Positions 1-8,450 of a stretch of 20,000 nt of DNA are shown here, in pieces. Source of the stretch: an uncultured virus (IMG/VR IMGVR_UViG_3300042389_001675) (Duplodnaviria > Heunggongvirae > Uroviricota > Caudoviricetes); IMG/VR virus record IMGVR_UViG_3300042389_001675; one strand, given 5' to 3'. The translations under genes were made by a program, and so were the position numbers. Every line of letters begins with the position of its first letter. Position 1 is the first letter of the stretch. The notes beneath the pieces were generated by a model. It ran no database searches, was not told the origin of the DNA, and worked only from the letters and a program-made list of their open reading frames with translations.

Positions 1-363
1 TGCCGTAAATCGAAATACCGCGGCGTCGGAATAAACAAACCCGGCCCCGGCTTGAAACTTTTCCCGCACCGTTGCCAGGGTTTGACCGGGTACAAGCAGA
101 TCGTCGTGATCCAGCTCAATCAGCACATCACCCGTTGCGGCATCACACGCCAATCGTTTTAGTTCGCCTACGTTACTGGACGCAGCGGAACCGTCCACCA
201 ACCGCACCCGCGGGTCACGCCAAATCGCTTCAGGGATCGTTACGTTACGGCCGTTTGGTACGATCACCCATTCCCAGTCGGTAACGGTTTGTAAATTTAA
301 GGAATGGTATGTTTCGAGCAAATAAGTCGGACGATGGGTGGGTGTAAACAGACTCAGCTTCAT
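1..363 (-). CDS. Glycosyltransferase family 2 (GT-A fold), N-terminal 121 codons; 3' end lies outside the window
   Basis: Absent from the ORF track; translated by hand from the ATG at 363, with SD GAGGA at 368-372: MKLSLFTPTHRPTYLLETYHSLNLQTVTDWEWVIVPNG...NVGELKRLACDAATGDVLIELDHDDLL...GFVYSD. This matches the GT2 pattern (S-x-x-x-P-T, Q-T-x-x-D-W-E-x-x-I-V, A-x-G-D-x-x-x-x-L-D-x-D-D). The frame is open to position 1. Confidence 0.88.
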   Translation of the reverse strand, partial: MKLSLFTPTHRPTYLLETYHSLNLQTVTDWEWVIVPNGRNVTIPEAIWRDPRVRLVDGSAASSNVGELKRLACDAATGDVLIELDHDDLLVPGQTLATVREKFQAGAGFVYSDAAVFRFTA

Positions 364-372
364 GGCGTCCTC

Positions 373-420
373 AAAAGAAAAGGGTCGTTCGGCCACATTG
401 TAACCGAACGACCCTTTTTT
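373..420. terminator. Intrinsic terminator, potentially bidirectional
   Basis: Perfect 15-bp inverted repeat AAAAGGGTCGTTCGG (378-392) / CCGAACGACCCTTTT (404-418) with an 11-nt loop. The minus strand has the T-tract TTTTCTTTT (381-373) and the plus strand has TTTTTT (415-420). It lies just after the stop of the 436-765 gene. Confidence 0.88.
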
Positions 421-435
421 AGAAGCGGACGTGAA

Positions 436-765
436 TTAGTCCCAGCAAGGAGAAATTGCCGAAAGTGTGCCGTTGCTGACACGGAGTTCTTTCGGCAGAT
501 TTGACGTGACATCCTTGAGTACGGGACTGGTTGTGCTCACAATCGTCAGCTGACCGGTATCCAGTGCGTTTGAAAGCGCATCATAGGCACGCTTCTGTAC
601 GCTCCGTTCACCGCCCTGATTGCCACCCAGGCAGTTACGAATGTCGCCAAAAACGTTATAGGTTTCATTGGCTTCAAGCGTTACGCCGTGAGGTGGCAGA
701 AATCCAAACGTGGTGGTGTTACCCGACGTGTTTTTCACCACCGTGTACAGACAAGTAACAGACAT
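436..765 (-). CDS. Hypothetical protein (109 aa), last gene of the head cluster, possibly structural
   Basis: ATG with SD AAGGAG overlapping the upstream TAA; co-oriented with the operon; ends just before the terminator. Confidence 0.75.
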   Translation of the reverse strand: MSVTCLYTVVKNTSGNTTTFGFLPPHGVTLEANETYNVFGDIRNCLGGNQGGERSVQKRAYDALSNALDTGQLTIVSTTSPVLKDVTSNLPKELRVSNGTLSAISPCWD

Positions 766-776
766 TTCTTGTCTCC

Positions 777-1172
777 TTATTCGTTACCGGCCAGAAGAGC
801 AGCTTCGTGGGCCTTCAAAGAAAGCACCGCGTTGTAAAAGCCTGGATCCTGCGCCAGCTCTGCGGCGGCTTGTTTGATCGCCTGATTTTGAATCATGGCT
901 TGCTGCTGCAAACCTGCAGGCGTGGAACCCAGCACCGAGTTAAGGGCAGAAACGGCACCGCCGAAACGGCTTTGCTCTGCGGCCTGCTTTACCGGACTGT
1001 CGAGGTGACGCAACTGGCCTGCCAGCTCGAACAGATCAGCGGCTTCCTTGTCCGTGGTCGGTTGGATGCCGTAGCTGGCCAGCTTACTCAGGAAAACCCG
1101 AGCATGAACACCATCGTACAGCTGCTGGTAAGCTTGGGCCGGATCCGGCAAAGCTTGAGCATTCTGTGACAT
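777..1172 (-). CDS. Hypothetical Ala/Gln-rich helical protein (131 aa), K-x-A rich
   Basis: ATG preceded by GGAG; directly downstream of the capsid gene; 4 of its 5 lysines are in K-x-A (SKLA, DKEA, VKQA, IKQA). Confidence 0.8.
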   Translation of the reverse strand: MSQNAQALPDPAQAYQQLYDGVHARVFLSKLASYGIQPTTDKEAADLFELAGQLRHLDSPVKQAAEQSRFGGAVSALNSVLGSTPAGLQQQAMIQNQAIKQAAAELAQDPGFYNAVLSLKAHEAALLAGNE

Positions 1173-1260
1173 AGAAGTAACTCCAAAATCCGGAATTTAA
1201 CCGTGCGCCGAAACTATTCAACGCACGGTAATGTAAGTAAGTTGTCCAGCGGACATCCGA

Positions 1261-2208
1261 TCAGACGAAGTCGACGCGAGCCAGACCTGACGTATGGCCG
1301 ATCGTACCACCGAGTGATTCGTAGGCGAAGAACTCGATGAAATAGGCCTCCCGACGAATGTACATAGTTGTATCTTCGAGGAGATAGCTCTTGCCAATGA
1401 ACTTAGGGTCAGCGAAATGATACATCGTGCCGGTAGGCACAAGACCTTTCTTGATCGTAATCACCAGCTTGACGCCCATGAATTCGCTGAGCGTCCAGCC
1501 GTTGCGCATGATTTCTTCGCTCAGGTCGCCACCCATTTCATTGCGTGTGAATTTTGCAACATCCTTGATGGTGATGTTGTTCATCAGCACGCAGTGAACT
1601 TCCAGATTGGAAGGCGTTTCTGGCATGATCTTCATGCTATCAAACAGGGTATCACGGGTGATACCGCCGTTGATGACCTTGTACTGCACGGTGCCTGAGG
1701 TCGGTACCGTTGCGTTGGGGCCAACCAGCGCCGTGTTCACCGCCGAGATAAACTTGCCGTCTTCTTCGGCCAGCATATCCTTGATGGCGTTGTCGCTCAG
1801 CACCTGGCGGATGTCCATGTACCAGGTCCGCAGTTCATCCACATCCTTGGTGAACTTTGGCGTTACGATACGATCAAAGGTCACCTTGTACCGGTCACCC
1901 TTGATGTACAGATTCGTCGGCAGTGTGGCGAAACCAATCGAGACAGCGGCTGGGCTGTTGGGTTCCTTGTCCACAATCTTGACCGGCTTGTCCGTATCCA
2001 CCTGACGATCCAGGTCGTCGTTGGAAATCGGAACAGGCGGCATAATCCGGCGGTAGAAGCCGTCTTCACGCATTTTAATGCGAGTGAAGTCATTGACGGC
2101 GTCAACTGCCTGCTTCTCCAGCGTCCAGTCGCGCGAGGAGAGCTTGTCAAGAATCGTCTGACTCAGGAGCTTGGATTCTTCCTGGGTCATACCGGTTGAA
2201 TAAGCCAT
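1261..2208 (-). CDS. Major capsid protein, probable HK97 fold (315 aa from the ATG at 2208)
   Basis: Strong SD GGAGG at 2218-2222 favours ATG 2208 over the track start at 2247. Size and gene order (protease, scaffold, decoration, this gene) fit. The sequence has an HK97/encapsulin-like pattern: REDGFYRRIM N-arm, beta-rich E-loop, then the spine helix DELR...IRQVLSDNAIKDMLAEEDGKFI and C-terminal strands IEFFAYESLG..I...GLARVDF. Confidence 0.8.
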   Translation of the reverse strand: MAYSTGMTQEESKLLSQTILDKLSSRDWTLEKQAVDAVNDFTRIKMREDGFYRRIMPPVPISNDDLDRQVDTDKPVKIVDKEPNSPAAVSIGFATLPTNLYIKGDRYKVTFDRIVTPKFTKDVDELRTWYMDIRQVLSDNAIKDMLAEEDGKFISAVNTALVGPNATVPTSGTVQYKVINGGITRDTLFDSMKIMPETPSNLEVHCVLMNNITIKDVAKFTRNEMGGDLSEEIMRNGWTLSEFMGVKLVITIKKGLVPTGTMYHFADPKFIGKSYLLEDTTMYIRREAYFIEFFAYESLGGTIGHTSGLARVDFV

Positions 2209-2273
2209 TGTGCAAAACCTCCGTGTAAGCCTACCGGCTAAGCTCACTGCCGAGCCGGTTACAGCCTGGTAAC

Positions 2274-2813
2274 TCAGTTAGGGAAAACCGGGAATGGCCA
2301 GAAAGCCAGCGCGTTCTTGCCGTAGCCGTTGTCAACAACACCACGAGAAACGATGCCAACGATCATGTCGCTGTAAAGGGTTCCCGCCACCAATTTGCCA
2401 GGATTTGTATCTCCGGACAGATTAGCGGTAAGCGGCGTGTTAGGCGGATACGAGCCAGCCACGTAGGCCGTGCTCACCAGTTCGTAAGCACCAATTGCCA
2501 CCAGGGCCAGCGCCTGACCTACCGGAGCAATCGGAATCCAGACACCGGCTGTGGTTGAAGCGTCGCCGCCGTCGTTCTGAACGTCCGGATCGTCCGAATT
2601 GTTGAACAGGAACAGCGGCATTACAGCCGTTGTGCCTACGCCCAGGATGTAGTTACCGGAGCTGTTCAGTGATACCACTGAACCAGCCAGTACCGGCAAA
2701 TCACCGGAAGGAATCGAACTATCAAACGCAGCGTGGTAATCCACTGCGTTCATCTGCGGCCAACCCTTCAACGCGTTGAGAGTGTTGGCGGTCATCTGCC
2801 GTGGAGCAGCCAT
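2274..2813 (-). CDS. Probable capsid decoration/cement protein (179 aa)
   Basis: SD AGGAGG; small, beta-rich and Gly/Pro-rich (AGSVVSLNSSG, GKLV...IVGIVS); lies immediately upstream of the MCP, the lambda gpD-like position. Function is inferred from position and composition. Confidence 0.6.
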   Translation of the reverse strand: MAAPRQMTANTLNALKGWPQMNAVDYHAAFDSSIPSGDLPVLAGSVVSLNSSGNYILGVGTTAVMPLFLFNNSDDPDVQNDGGDASTTAGVWIPIAPVGQALALVAIGAYELVSTAYVAGSYPPNTPLTANLSGDTNPGKLVAGTLYSDMIVGIVSRGVVDNGYGKNALAFWPFPVFPN

Positions 2814-2890
2814 ATCAATCCTCCTGAATCAGAATAAGGTCAACCTTCGACCTTGAGTTGAGAAGGTCCAAAAGACCTGCGGTAAGGAAG

Positions 2891-3328
2891 TTAGGAACGC
2901 GATGGACCGTTCAAAACCGCCATCAGAGCCATATCGGAAGCTTTCTTCTCTGAAGTCAGTCTTCCAACATAGGGATCATTCAAGCTATCCCGCACACCGG
3001 CGGTCTTAACCGTCGTGTGATCCGGTACAGCCTGACCCAGGTCCGCCGCCGCCTTTTCCGATGCAGTCTTGTAGTAATGCATCTTATTGACCGCGTTAAC
3101 CAGCAGATCCAGGGTTTGAGCAGGATTGTTCAACATCTCGGCAGCAGCCTGCTTTTGATGCTGTGCAACACCGCCTGTACTCAGCAACAGCTCAAGAACC
3201 GCTTGCCGCTTGTCAGCCGCCTGCTTTTCCCGAGCACGATTGGCTTGCACTTCGCCCATCAATCGATCATTCAGCGCCGAGGAAGCGGCGACAAATTCGA
3301 TTGCCAGGGCTGCGAGCTTCGTATTCAT
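2891..3328 (-). CDS. Hypothetical helical head-assembly protein (145 aa from the ATG at 3328), extremely K-x-A rich
   Basis: SD GGAGG at 3336-3340 supports ATG 3328 (MNTKL) over the track start at 3346; 7 of its 10 lysines are in K-x-A. Confidence 0.78.
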   Translation of the reverse strand: MNTKLAALAIEFVAASSALNDRLMGEVQANRAREKQAADKRQAVLELLLSTGGVAQHQKQAAAEMLNNPAQTLDLLVNAVNKMHYYKTASEKAAADLGQAVPDHTTVKTAGVRDSLNDPYVGRLTSEKKASDMALMAVLNGPSRS

Positions 3329-3356
3329 CCGGAAACCTCCGTGCATAGAAACCAGT

Positions 3357-3376
3357 AAAAGAGTGCCAAAGCACTC
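3357..3376 (-). terminator. Small hairpin with short U-tract (weak terminator or RNA-stability hairpin)
   Basis: Minus strand reads GAGTGC-TTTG-GCACTC-TTTT, just after the scaffold gene stop. Confidence 0.4.
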
Positions 3377-3384
3377 GGGATGGA

Positions 3385-4614
3385 TTAACGGCGAGACCGG
3401 GCCAGGACTTCCTGGATGTAGTCTCGGACTTGATTCTTGGCGGCACCCTTCTTAGCCGCAGCGGTCTTGGCGGCCGCAGCGACTTCCATGCCGGGAGCAG
3501 CGGCAGCGGTATCTTCGGCTTCAGCTCCGCCTTCGCCTTCTGCCGCCATGGCGGCTTCCAGCTCTTCCGGGGTGATGCCGTTTGCCTGCATAATGGCAAT
3601 CAGCTGTTCCAGCTCATCGCCGCCCCCGCCAGCTTCAGGCGCTCCGCCCATCATGGCGTCTGCCATTTCAGCGGGAGGGCCACCAGCCATGGCAGGATCC
3701 ATCGGCATTTCGCCTTCGGCCTGCTTGGCCAGTTCAGCACTGTAATTTGCCAGGAAAGTCGCCACCTTGTCAGCGTCGTCCGAAGCTGTCTTGATGATTT
3801 CTTCCAGCGTGTGCTGTACCAGGCTATCAGCTGCGCGCTTGTCGAAATTACCGCTAAGCAATCCGGCCAGCTCCCAACCGGCCTGTCCGGCCAGATCAAC
3901 AGCTTCCTTCTCGTCCTCATCGTCAGTTTCGGCAGGCTTACCGCCGTTACGCAGGGCCTTGAAGTCTGAACCTTCCAGCTTACCGTTGTTATTTACGTCC
4001 AGCTTGTGCTGGCCGCCAACAAGTTCAGCTGCTTTCTGCATGTTGGCCAGTTCGACCAACAGCTGATTACCCAGGTCAGACGCAACCTTGGCCAGCGCGT
4101 CCAGCGACATTTCGGCATACTTGTAACCGTCGAGCTGACTGTTGTTAGTCCGCGCGGGGTGTGCCGTATTGCCGAGGCGGCCGCCTGTGCTGTCTTCCTT
4201 TTCAGCTTTCACTGAAGAGGTTTCATTTGAAGGATCTTCACCGGTCGGTTCCTTCTTGGTGCCAATCTGCAGTTGATCGGCTGAAGCAGTACCTGCCGGA
4301 TTAATTCCACCCATTTCCGACTTGCCGTCTACAGCCAGCTTGCGCCGCGCTGCAGCTTTCTTGTCCGCTACACCCTGCGCCGTGTTGTTGACTGAAGCCG
4401 GTCCCTGATCAGCTTTCACGTCCGCGTCATTTTCGCGGGCGCGAGCACCTTCGGTAGCTTCTTCAGTCGAGTCATCCACGTCTTTCACAGGATGAGTCGT
4501 CGGGCCACCTACGCTACCAGGCTCGGTGTGGGCCTCAGCAGCGCGCTTTTCGGTGGCGGCGATATCCTGCAGAAAACGATCGATAGACATCGACCCAATC
4601 GCAGAAGTATTCAT
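3385..4614 (-). CDS. Probable scaffolding/prohead core protein (409 aa)
   Basis: SD AAGGAG; acidic, Ala/Glu/Gly-rich, low complexity and Cys-free, with a basic amphipathic C-terminal helix (VRDYIQEVLARSRR); located between protease and MCP; many K-x-A motifs. Confidence 0.65.
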   Translation of the reverse strand: MNTSAIGSMSIDRFLQDIAATEKRAAEAHTEPGSVGGPTTHPVKDVDDSTEEATEGARARENDADVKADQGPASVNNTAQGVADKKAAARRKLAVDGKSEMGGINPAGTASADQLQIGTKKEPTGEDPSNETSSVKAEKEDSTGGRLGNTAHPARTNNSQLDGYKYAEMSLDALAKVASDLGNQLLVELANMQKAAELVGGQHKLDVNNNGKLEGSDFKALRNGGKPAETDDEDEKEAVDLAGQAGWELAGLLSGNFDKRAADSLVQHTLEEIIKTASDDADKVATFLANYSAELAKQAEGEMPMDPAMAGGPPAEMADAMMGGAPEAGGGGDELEQLIAIMQANGITPEELEAAMAAEGEGGAEAEDTAAAAPGMEVAAAAKTAAAKKGAAKNQVRDYIQEVLARSRR

Positions 4615-4648
4615 TGCGCACTCCTTGCAAAACTTGTCAAGTCAGGCA

Positions 4649-7273
4649 TCATCCGTTAAAAACCAGATTTTGGCCCAGACTCAACCTGACAGTTGTTGGA
4701 AAGTCGGTGTCCACAGCAGCAACCCGCCAGAGACTTGCCAGCTTGTAGATGGCGTAGTCCTTGGCCAGTTGTTCTCCACCCTGGTCCCACGAGGCCGACT
4801 TTTCATACACAGAAATCGCAGGAGCGCTGTGCCCCCGGATACAACTCAACAATACCCGATCTGTTACCGCAGCTTTGCTCAGCGAATAATCCGCATGCAA
4901 AGCAGCAGCCAGCATTCGAGCACTTTCAGTGGCTGTTTTGTCGATGAAATCACACTTTCCGGATTCGACCCGCAAAGGTAGTGATTCGTCCATCGTCATC
5001 CGTGTGTAAATTCCAGGTAAAACAGCAGCCGCACTTTTTAGGTGCATTTCCTGTCCAGCCAGCCTGGCATAATCACGAAGATTCAAAATGATTTTCCGAT
5101 CAGCTAAAGCAGCCAACTGGGTATCACACTGTACGGAGCCAAACGCCGCCAGCTTTTCCACAGGGAAGGCCGGTGTGACAAAAGCTCGATAGCTATTAGC
5201 ATCTATTGCGGCGGCTGATTTTTCAAGAGAAGCCAACCCATAACCCAGTTTAATTTGCGCGGTATGCGCTTCAGACCAACAACCGTGACTACCGTTTTGA
5301 TACAGAATTACAGCCAAGGGTGCTGTTGAACTTTCTGCCATTTTAATTGAGTTTTGCAACTCAAAGAATCCGGCGTCACTTGCCGCTTTTGTGAGGTAAT
5401 CGGCTTTTGCCCCGTAGGCAATCCGATCGGCTGGGCGAAAAACCCGACTAATATCAAACCAGGTTGGATTGGGATTGTCTACATGCAAGTGATGTAAATC
5501 GTTGCCAACTTTAACCAGGCGGGTCAGATTATCGCGGCAACCCCCAGCGGCGCACTTTTCACGGGTACAGTATTCGTCCCGCGTTTTGGCTGCGTGTTTG
5601 CAGAAAGAACAAATATCGTGCGGCACTCGGCAATTATGGCTGATTAAGCCACCCAAGCTATAAGACTCATCGTCCTCTACCTCAAAATTGTAAGTCTCTG
5701 CGTCAGTAACTTCACGTACTTGAATTTCTGCAATTCGGTAAGCGTATCGCCCGTCCGGACAAAACCGCATTGCAGCTGGTTTTGTCCGCTGTGTATGCGA
5801 TGTCACATAGTTTGCGGCTTTTTCGGAATCACCGGCTAACCGCCACAAGTCCAGGTGTGCGATATTCAGTGTATATTCGATACCACTGTTCTCATAACCG
5901 CTTGTGGCGCACTTAGTGTGGTCGATGCGATAGATCGAGGTTGGAATCCCCAAAGTAGCCAGCAAATCCCGGCCTTGCAGTAATAGTGCGCGATTTGCAG
6001 AAGACCAGTGTCCGCCCTTTTTATCAATCCAGCCATCACCATCCAGCCAAGCACCCAGAAAAGCCAGTTTGACTTCCGGTGTGGCGTTAAACAATTCCGG
6101 TGGAATTGCTTTATGCTTGCAGCCGCGACCCACATATTTGCGCAAAAATTCAGCAAACGCTGTGCTTTGCACCAGCACGCTTAAACCTTTATCGGTATTT
6201 CGCCGCGGTTTAATTTGTACAGTGATGTCCGGATAAAGGGCTTCCACCAGTTGCGGTAACCGTCGCGGCAGCGAATCAGTCAAGTTGCAATTAAAATCAA
6301 CAGTGCAGGCGGTATCTTCGTTATAGTTGAAGCTACCCTCCGCAATGTAGTACCCCATGATTGCGGCCAGAATTTTGCAGTCAATTGCGCCATACCCGCT
6401 GAATCGACCAACAGGCTGGTAAAAGAAGCGATCACCCGGTTGCAGATGTTCTGCATGTGTCCAATCCGCCGGGGCTGCCTCAAACGTAGCGTTATCTCGA
6501 AAATAACGAGACGCTTTAACTTTGACACTGCTGGCTGCACAGGCAAAGGTTTTAGCCAGCATTGGATGATCTTCAGTTAATTCAAGTGGTAACGGTAAGC
6601 CATTACACCGGAATGTATAGGCCTTACCTGTGAACTTACGCCGATTTAGCTGCGTTACCGGCTTCCAGCGGCCCTTGTGTGTCCAGACATACATGCCAAC
6701 TTTAACTTCAGCAATAGGGACATAGCCATGATCGCGCGTCAATACCGGATAAGTTGGATCTAACACACAAGCCATGCTCACGGGCATATCTTCACCGCGA
6801 GCAATCTTCTCCAGCTCCGTCTCTGCCACAAAACCGCCATTACGGTCGGCCGCTTCTTTGGAGGCGTTCAGCGCTACCAGTAATTCCACACGCCGCATGT
6901 CGTCGTTGTAAGCTGAGGCTTTAACCACCCCGTAAAACGGATCGCCGCGTTCCGGTTTGTTCTGATGATTACGGAAAAACTTGGCAAACTTGACGAACGT
7001 GTCATGGTGTTGGCGGCAGGTAGCTTCCTTGAACCCGTCGCCGTTACGATTAGGTCCGTAGGCTTCACTGGCCCCCAGCGCAATCAGGTGCACGGGAACC
7101 TCGTCCTTGGCAAATTTCACGCGATCCAGCTGAGGCAGAAAGCTGTGGCTGGCTCGCTTGAGAAATTCACGCCGATCAGCGCCAATCAGGCCACGCTGAC
7201 TCAGCTTGACGGGCTCCAGGGTGCGTTGTTCAAAATCCCATCCCGAGGGCGAGACAAACTTGACAAGTGCCAT
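4649..7273 (-). CDS. Prohead maturation serine protease with an intein (874-aa precursor, ~495 aa after splicing)
   Basis: Phage protease-type motifs PNRNGDGF, FFRNHQNK (candidate catalytic His) and PVSMA/CRVPHDICSFC (candidate catalytic Ser followed by a CxxC cluster); located upstream of scaffold and MCP. Confidence 0.75.
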   Translation of the reverse strand: MALVKFVSPSGWDFEQRTLEPVKLSQRGLIGADRREFLKRASHSFLPQLDRVKFAKDEVPVHLIALGASEAYGPNRNGDGFKEATCRQHHDTFVKFAKFFRNHQNKPERGDPFYGVVKASAYNDDMRRVELLVALNASKEAADRNGGFVAETELEKIARGEDMPVSMACVLDPTYPVLTRDHGYVPIAEVKVGMYVWTHKGRWKPVTQLNRRKFTGKAYTFRCNGLPLPLELTEDHPMLAKTFACAASSVKVKASRYFRDNATFEAAPADWTHAEHLQPGDRFFYQPVGRFSGYGAIDCKILAAIMGYYIAEGSFNYNEDTACTVDFNCNLTDSLPRRLPQLVEALYPDITVQIKPRRNTDKGLSVLVQSTAFAEFLRKYVGRGCKHKAIPPELFNATPEVKLAFLGAWLDGDGWIDKKGGHWSSANRALLLQGRDLLATLGIPTSIYRIDHTKCATSGYENSGIEYTLNIAHLDLWRLAGDSEKAANYVTSHTQRTKPAAMRFCPDGRYAYRIAEIQVREVTDAETYNFEVEDDESYSLGGLISHNCRVPHDICSFCKHAAKTRDEYCTREKCAAGGCRDNLTRLVKVGNDLHHLHVDNPNPTWFDISRVFRPADRIAYGAKADYLTKAASDAGFFELQNSIKMAESSTAPLAVILYQNGSHGCWSEAHTAQIKLGYGLASLEKSAAAIDANSYRAFVTPAFPVEKLAAFGSVQCDTQLAALADRKIILNLRDYARLAGQEMHLKSAAAVLPGIYTRMTMDESLPLRVESGKCDFIDKTATESARMLAAALHADYSLSKAAVTDRVLLSCIRGHSAPAISVYEKSASWDQGGEQLAKDYAIYKLASLWRVAAVDTDFPTTVRLSLGQNLVFNG
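5633..6769 (-). mobile_element. Intein with LAGLIDADG homing endonuclease (379 aa, precursor residues 169-547)
   Basis: Block A CVLDPTYPVLT; block B LELTEDHPML; LAGLIDADG motifs IMGYYIAEGS and FLGAWLDGDG; blocks F/G TYNFEVEDDESYSLGGLISHN followed by a +1 Cys. Confidence 0.95.
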
Positions 7274-7274
7274 A

Positions 7275-8450
7275 TCAATAGCCTCCGGGCGCTTGCATGC
7301 CCTGTACCAGATTCTGTAACGTCTGGCGACTTGTACCCTGATCTTGTTTAGCTTGCGCGTAGCCTGTTATCGGGCTCTGCCCGGCGGCATCAAACAACGC
7401 ATTAGCTGCTGCGGCAAGCAAACCTAAACGACCACCGCGTGCGGCTAAACTTGGTTTTTTAACTATTTTCTGTAAGCTGCCTTCTCCAAGAATGTGTTCG
7501 ACATTATCTTTCACAGCCTTGGGCACAGCCCCAGTCAGCATAGTGCCGCTCGGTAGTCTATCTTTAACGTATTGCACCCTTGTTGCATAGTTTGGAATTG
7601 CTGTCGCAATATTTTCTGATTGAGTCTGCATGCGTAAATTAGGCGGAGTTAACATACTCTCAATAGCGGCACGCTCTGACGGTGTAAGCTGAGCCTTCGG
7701 AGCAATTTTAATTGCCAGTTCGCGCGCCAGTCTGTCTTTATCAAACGTTTCCGGCAGTTTTGGTGCAAGCTTATGTAATACTCCGGTTGTCGCCGCAATA
7801 CCGCCTGTCTGTAACGCCGCCGTAGATTCAGGAGCGTAAGGTTTTGCGTTTTCTTGCAGTTCTTTAATCAATTGGGCTTTTGTTGAATCAGGCTGCGCAT
7901 TAAAGATTTCTGGCTGACTTTTGTCATGATAGTTTGAAAGTTGCTCTGCAGTTTGCACTGCAGCTGAAGGGTTTGAGGGTTTGGTTGGTTCAACAACGCC
8001 TCTTTGTTTATCTATCAACTTAGTAATTAGCTGCGGGTTTAAAGCAAGACCTAAGCCTCCGCCCATGGCGGTACCTGCAATACCGCCGCGCAGCATATTA
8101 CGCCGCAGACTACCTTCACCAGACACCAGCGATTTACCAAGTCCAGCGGCCGTACCTAGACCGCCGCCAACAAGCGAAGATCGCACAACATTCTTGGAAG
8201 CGTCATCCAGGCCACTCCAGGTACCAGTTGCACGTTGCCCCAGGTTTTTAATTCCGGATTTTAAACTTTCCCAATCAACGGCTGCGGCTTTTTCTGTAAA
8301 CCGCACGCCGATATCACGCAACACAAAAGTATTAGCCAACGCTTCCGGCGTCATTGGTCGGATTTTACCGGCATCTACCGCTTGCTTACGCAGTTGCAGT
8401 AACTGTAAACCTTGAGCGTACGTAATATCAGCCAATGATACTGGTTTCAT
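7275..8450 (-). CDS. Hypothetical glycine-zipper protein (391 aa), candidate internal virion/ejection protein
   Basis: Two GxxxG-rich hydrophobic segments (SLVGGGLGTAAGLG; GGIAGTAMGGGLGLAL); no Cys; N-terminal RKQA and EKAA; stop lies 1 nt from the protease ATG; overlaps the upstream gene by 23 nt. Confidence 0.7.
   Translation of the reverse strand: MKPVSLADITYAQGLQLLQLRKQAVDAGKIRPMTPEALANTFVLRDIGVRFTEKAAAVDWESLKSGIKNLGQRATGTWSGLDDASKNVVRSSLVGGGLGTAAGLGKSLVSGEGSLRRNMLRGGIAGTAMGGGLGLALNPQLITKLIDKQRGVVEPTKPSNPSAAVQTAEQLSNYHDKSQPEIFNAQPDSTKAQLIKELQENAKPYAPESTAALQTGGIAATTGVLHKLAPKLPETFDKDRLARELAIKIAPKAQLTPSERAAIESMLTPPNLRMQTQSENIATAIPNYATRVQYVKDRLPSGTMLTGAVPKAVKDNVEHILGEGSLQKIVKKPSLAARGGRLGLLAAAANALFDAAGQSPITGYAQAKQDQGTSRQTLQNLVQGMQAPGGY

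Noticed and set aside
1261..2208. Encapsulin rather than phage capsid
   Set aside because: It lies in a protease-scaffold-decoration cluster with no encapsulin cargo enzyme.
2209..2247. Track start sites at 2247 (MCP), 3346 and 19972
   Set aside because: Better SD-supported ATGs exist at 2208 and 3328, and the 19972 frame continues with beta'-like sequence to the window edge.
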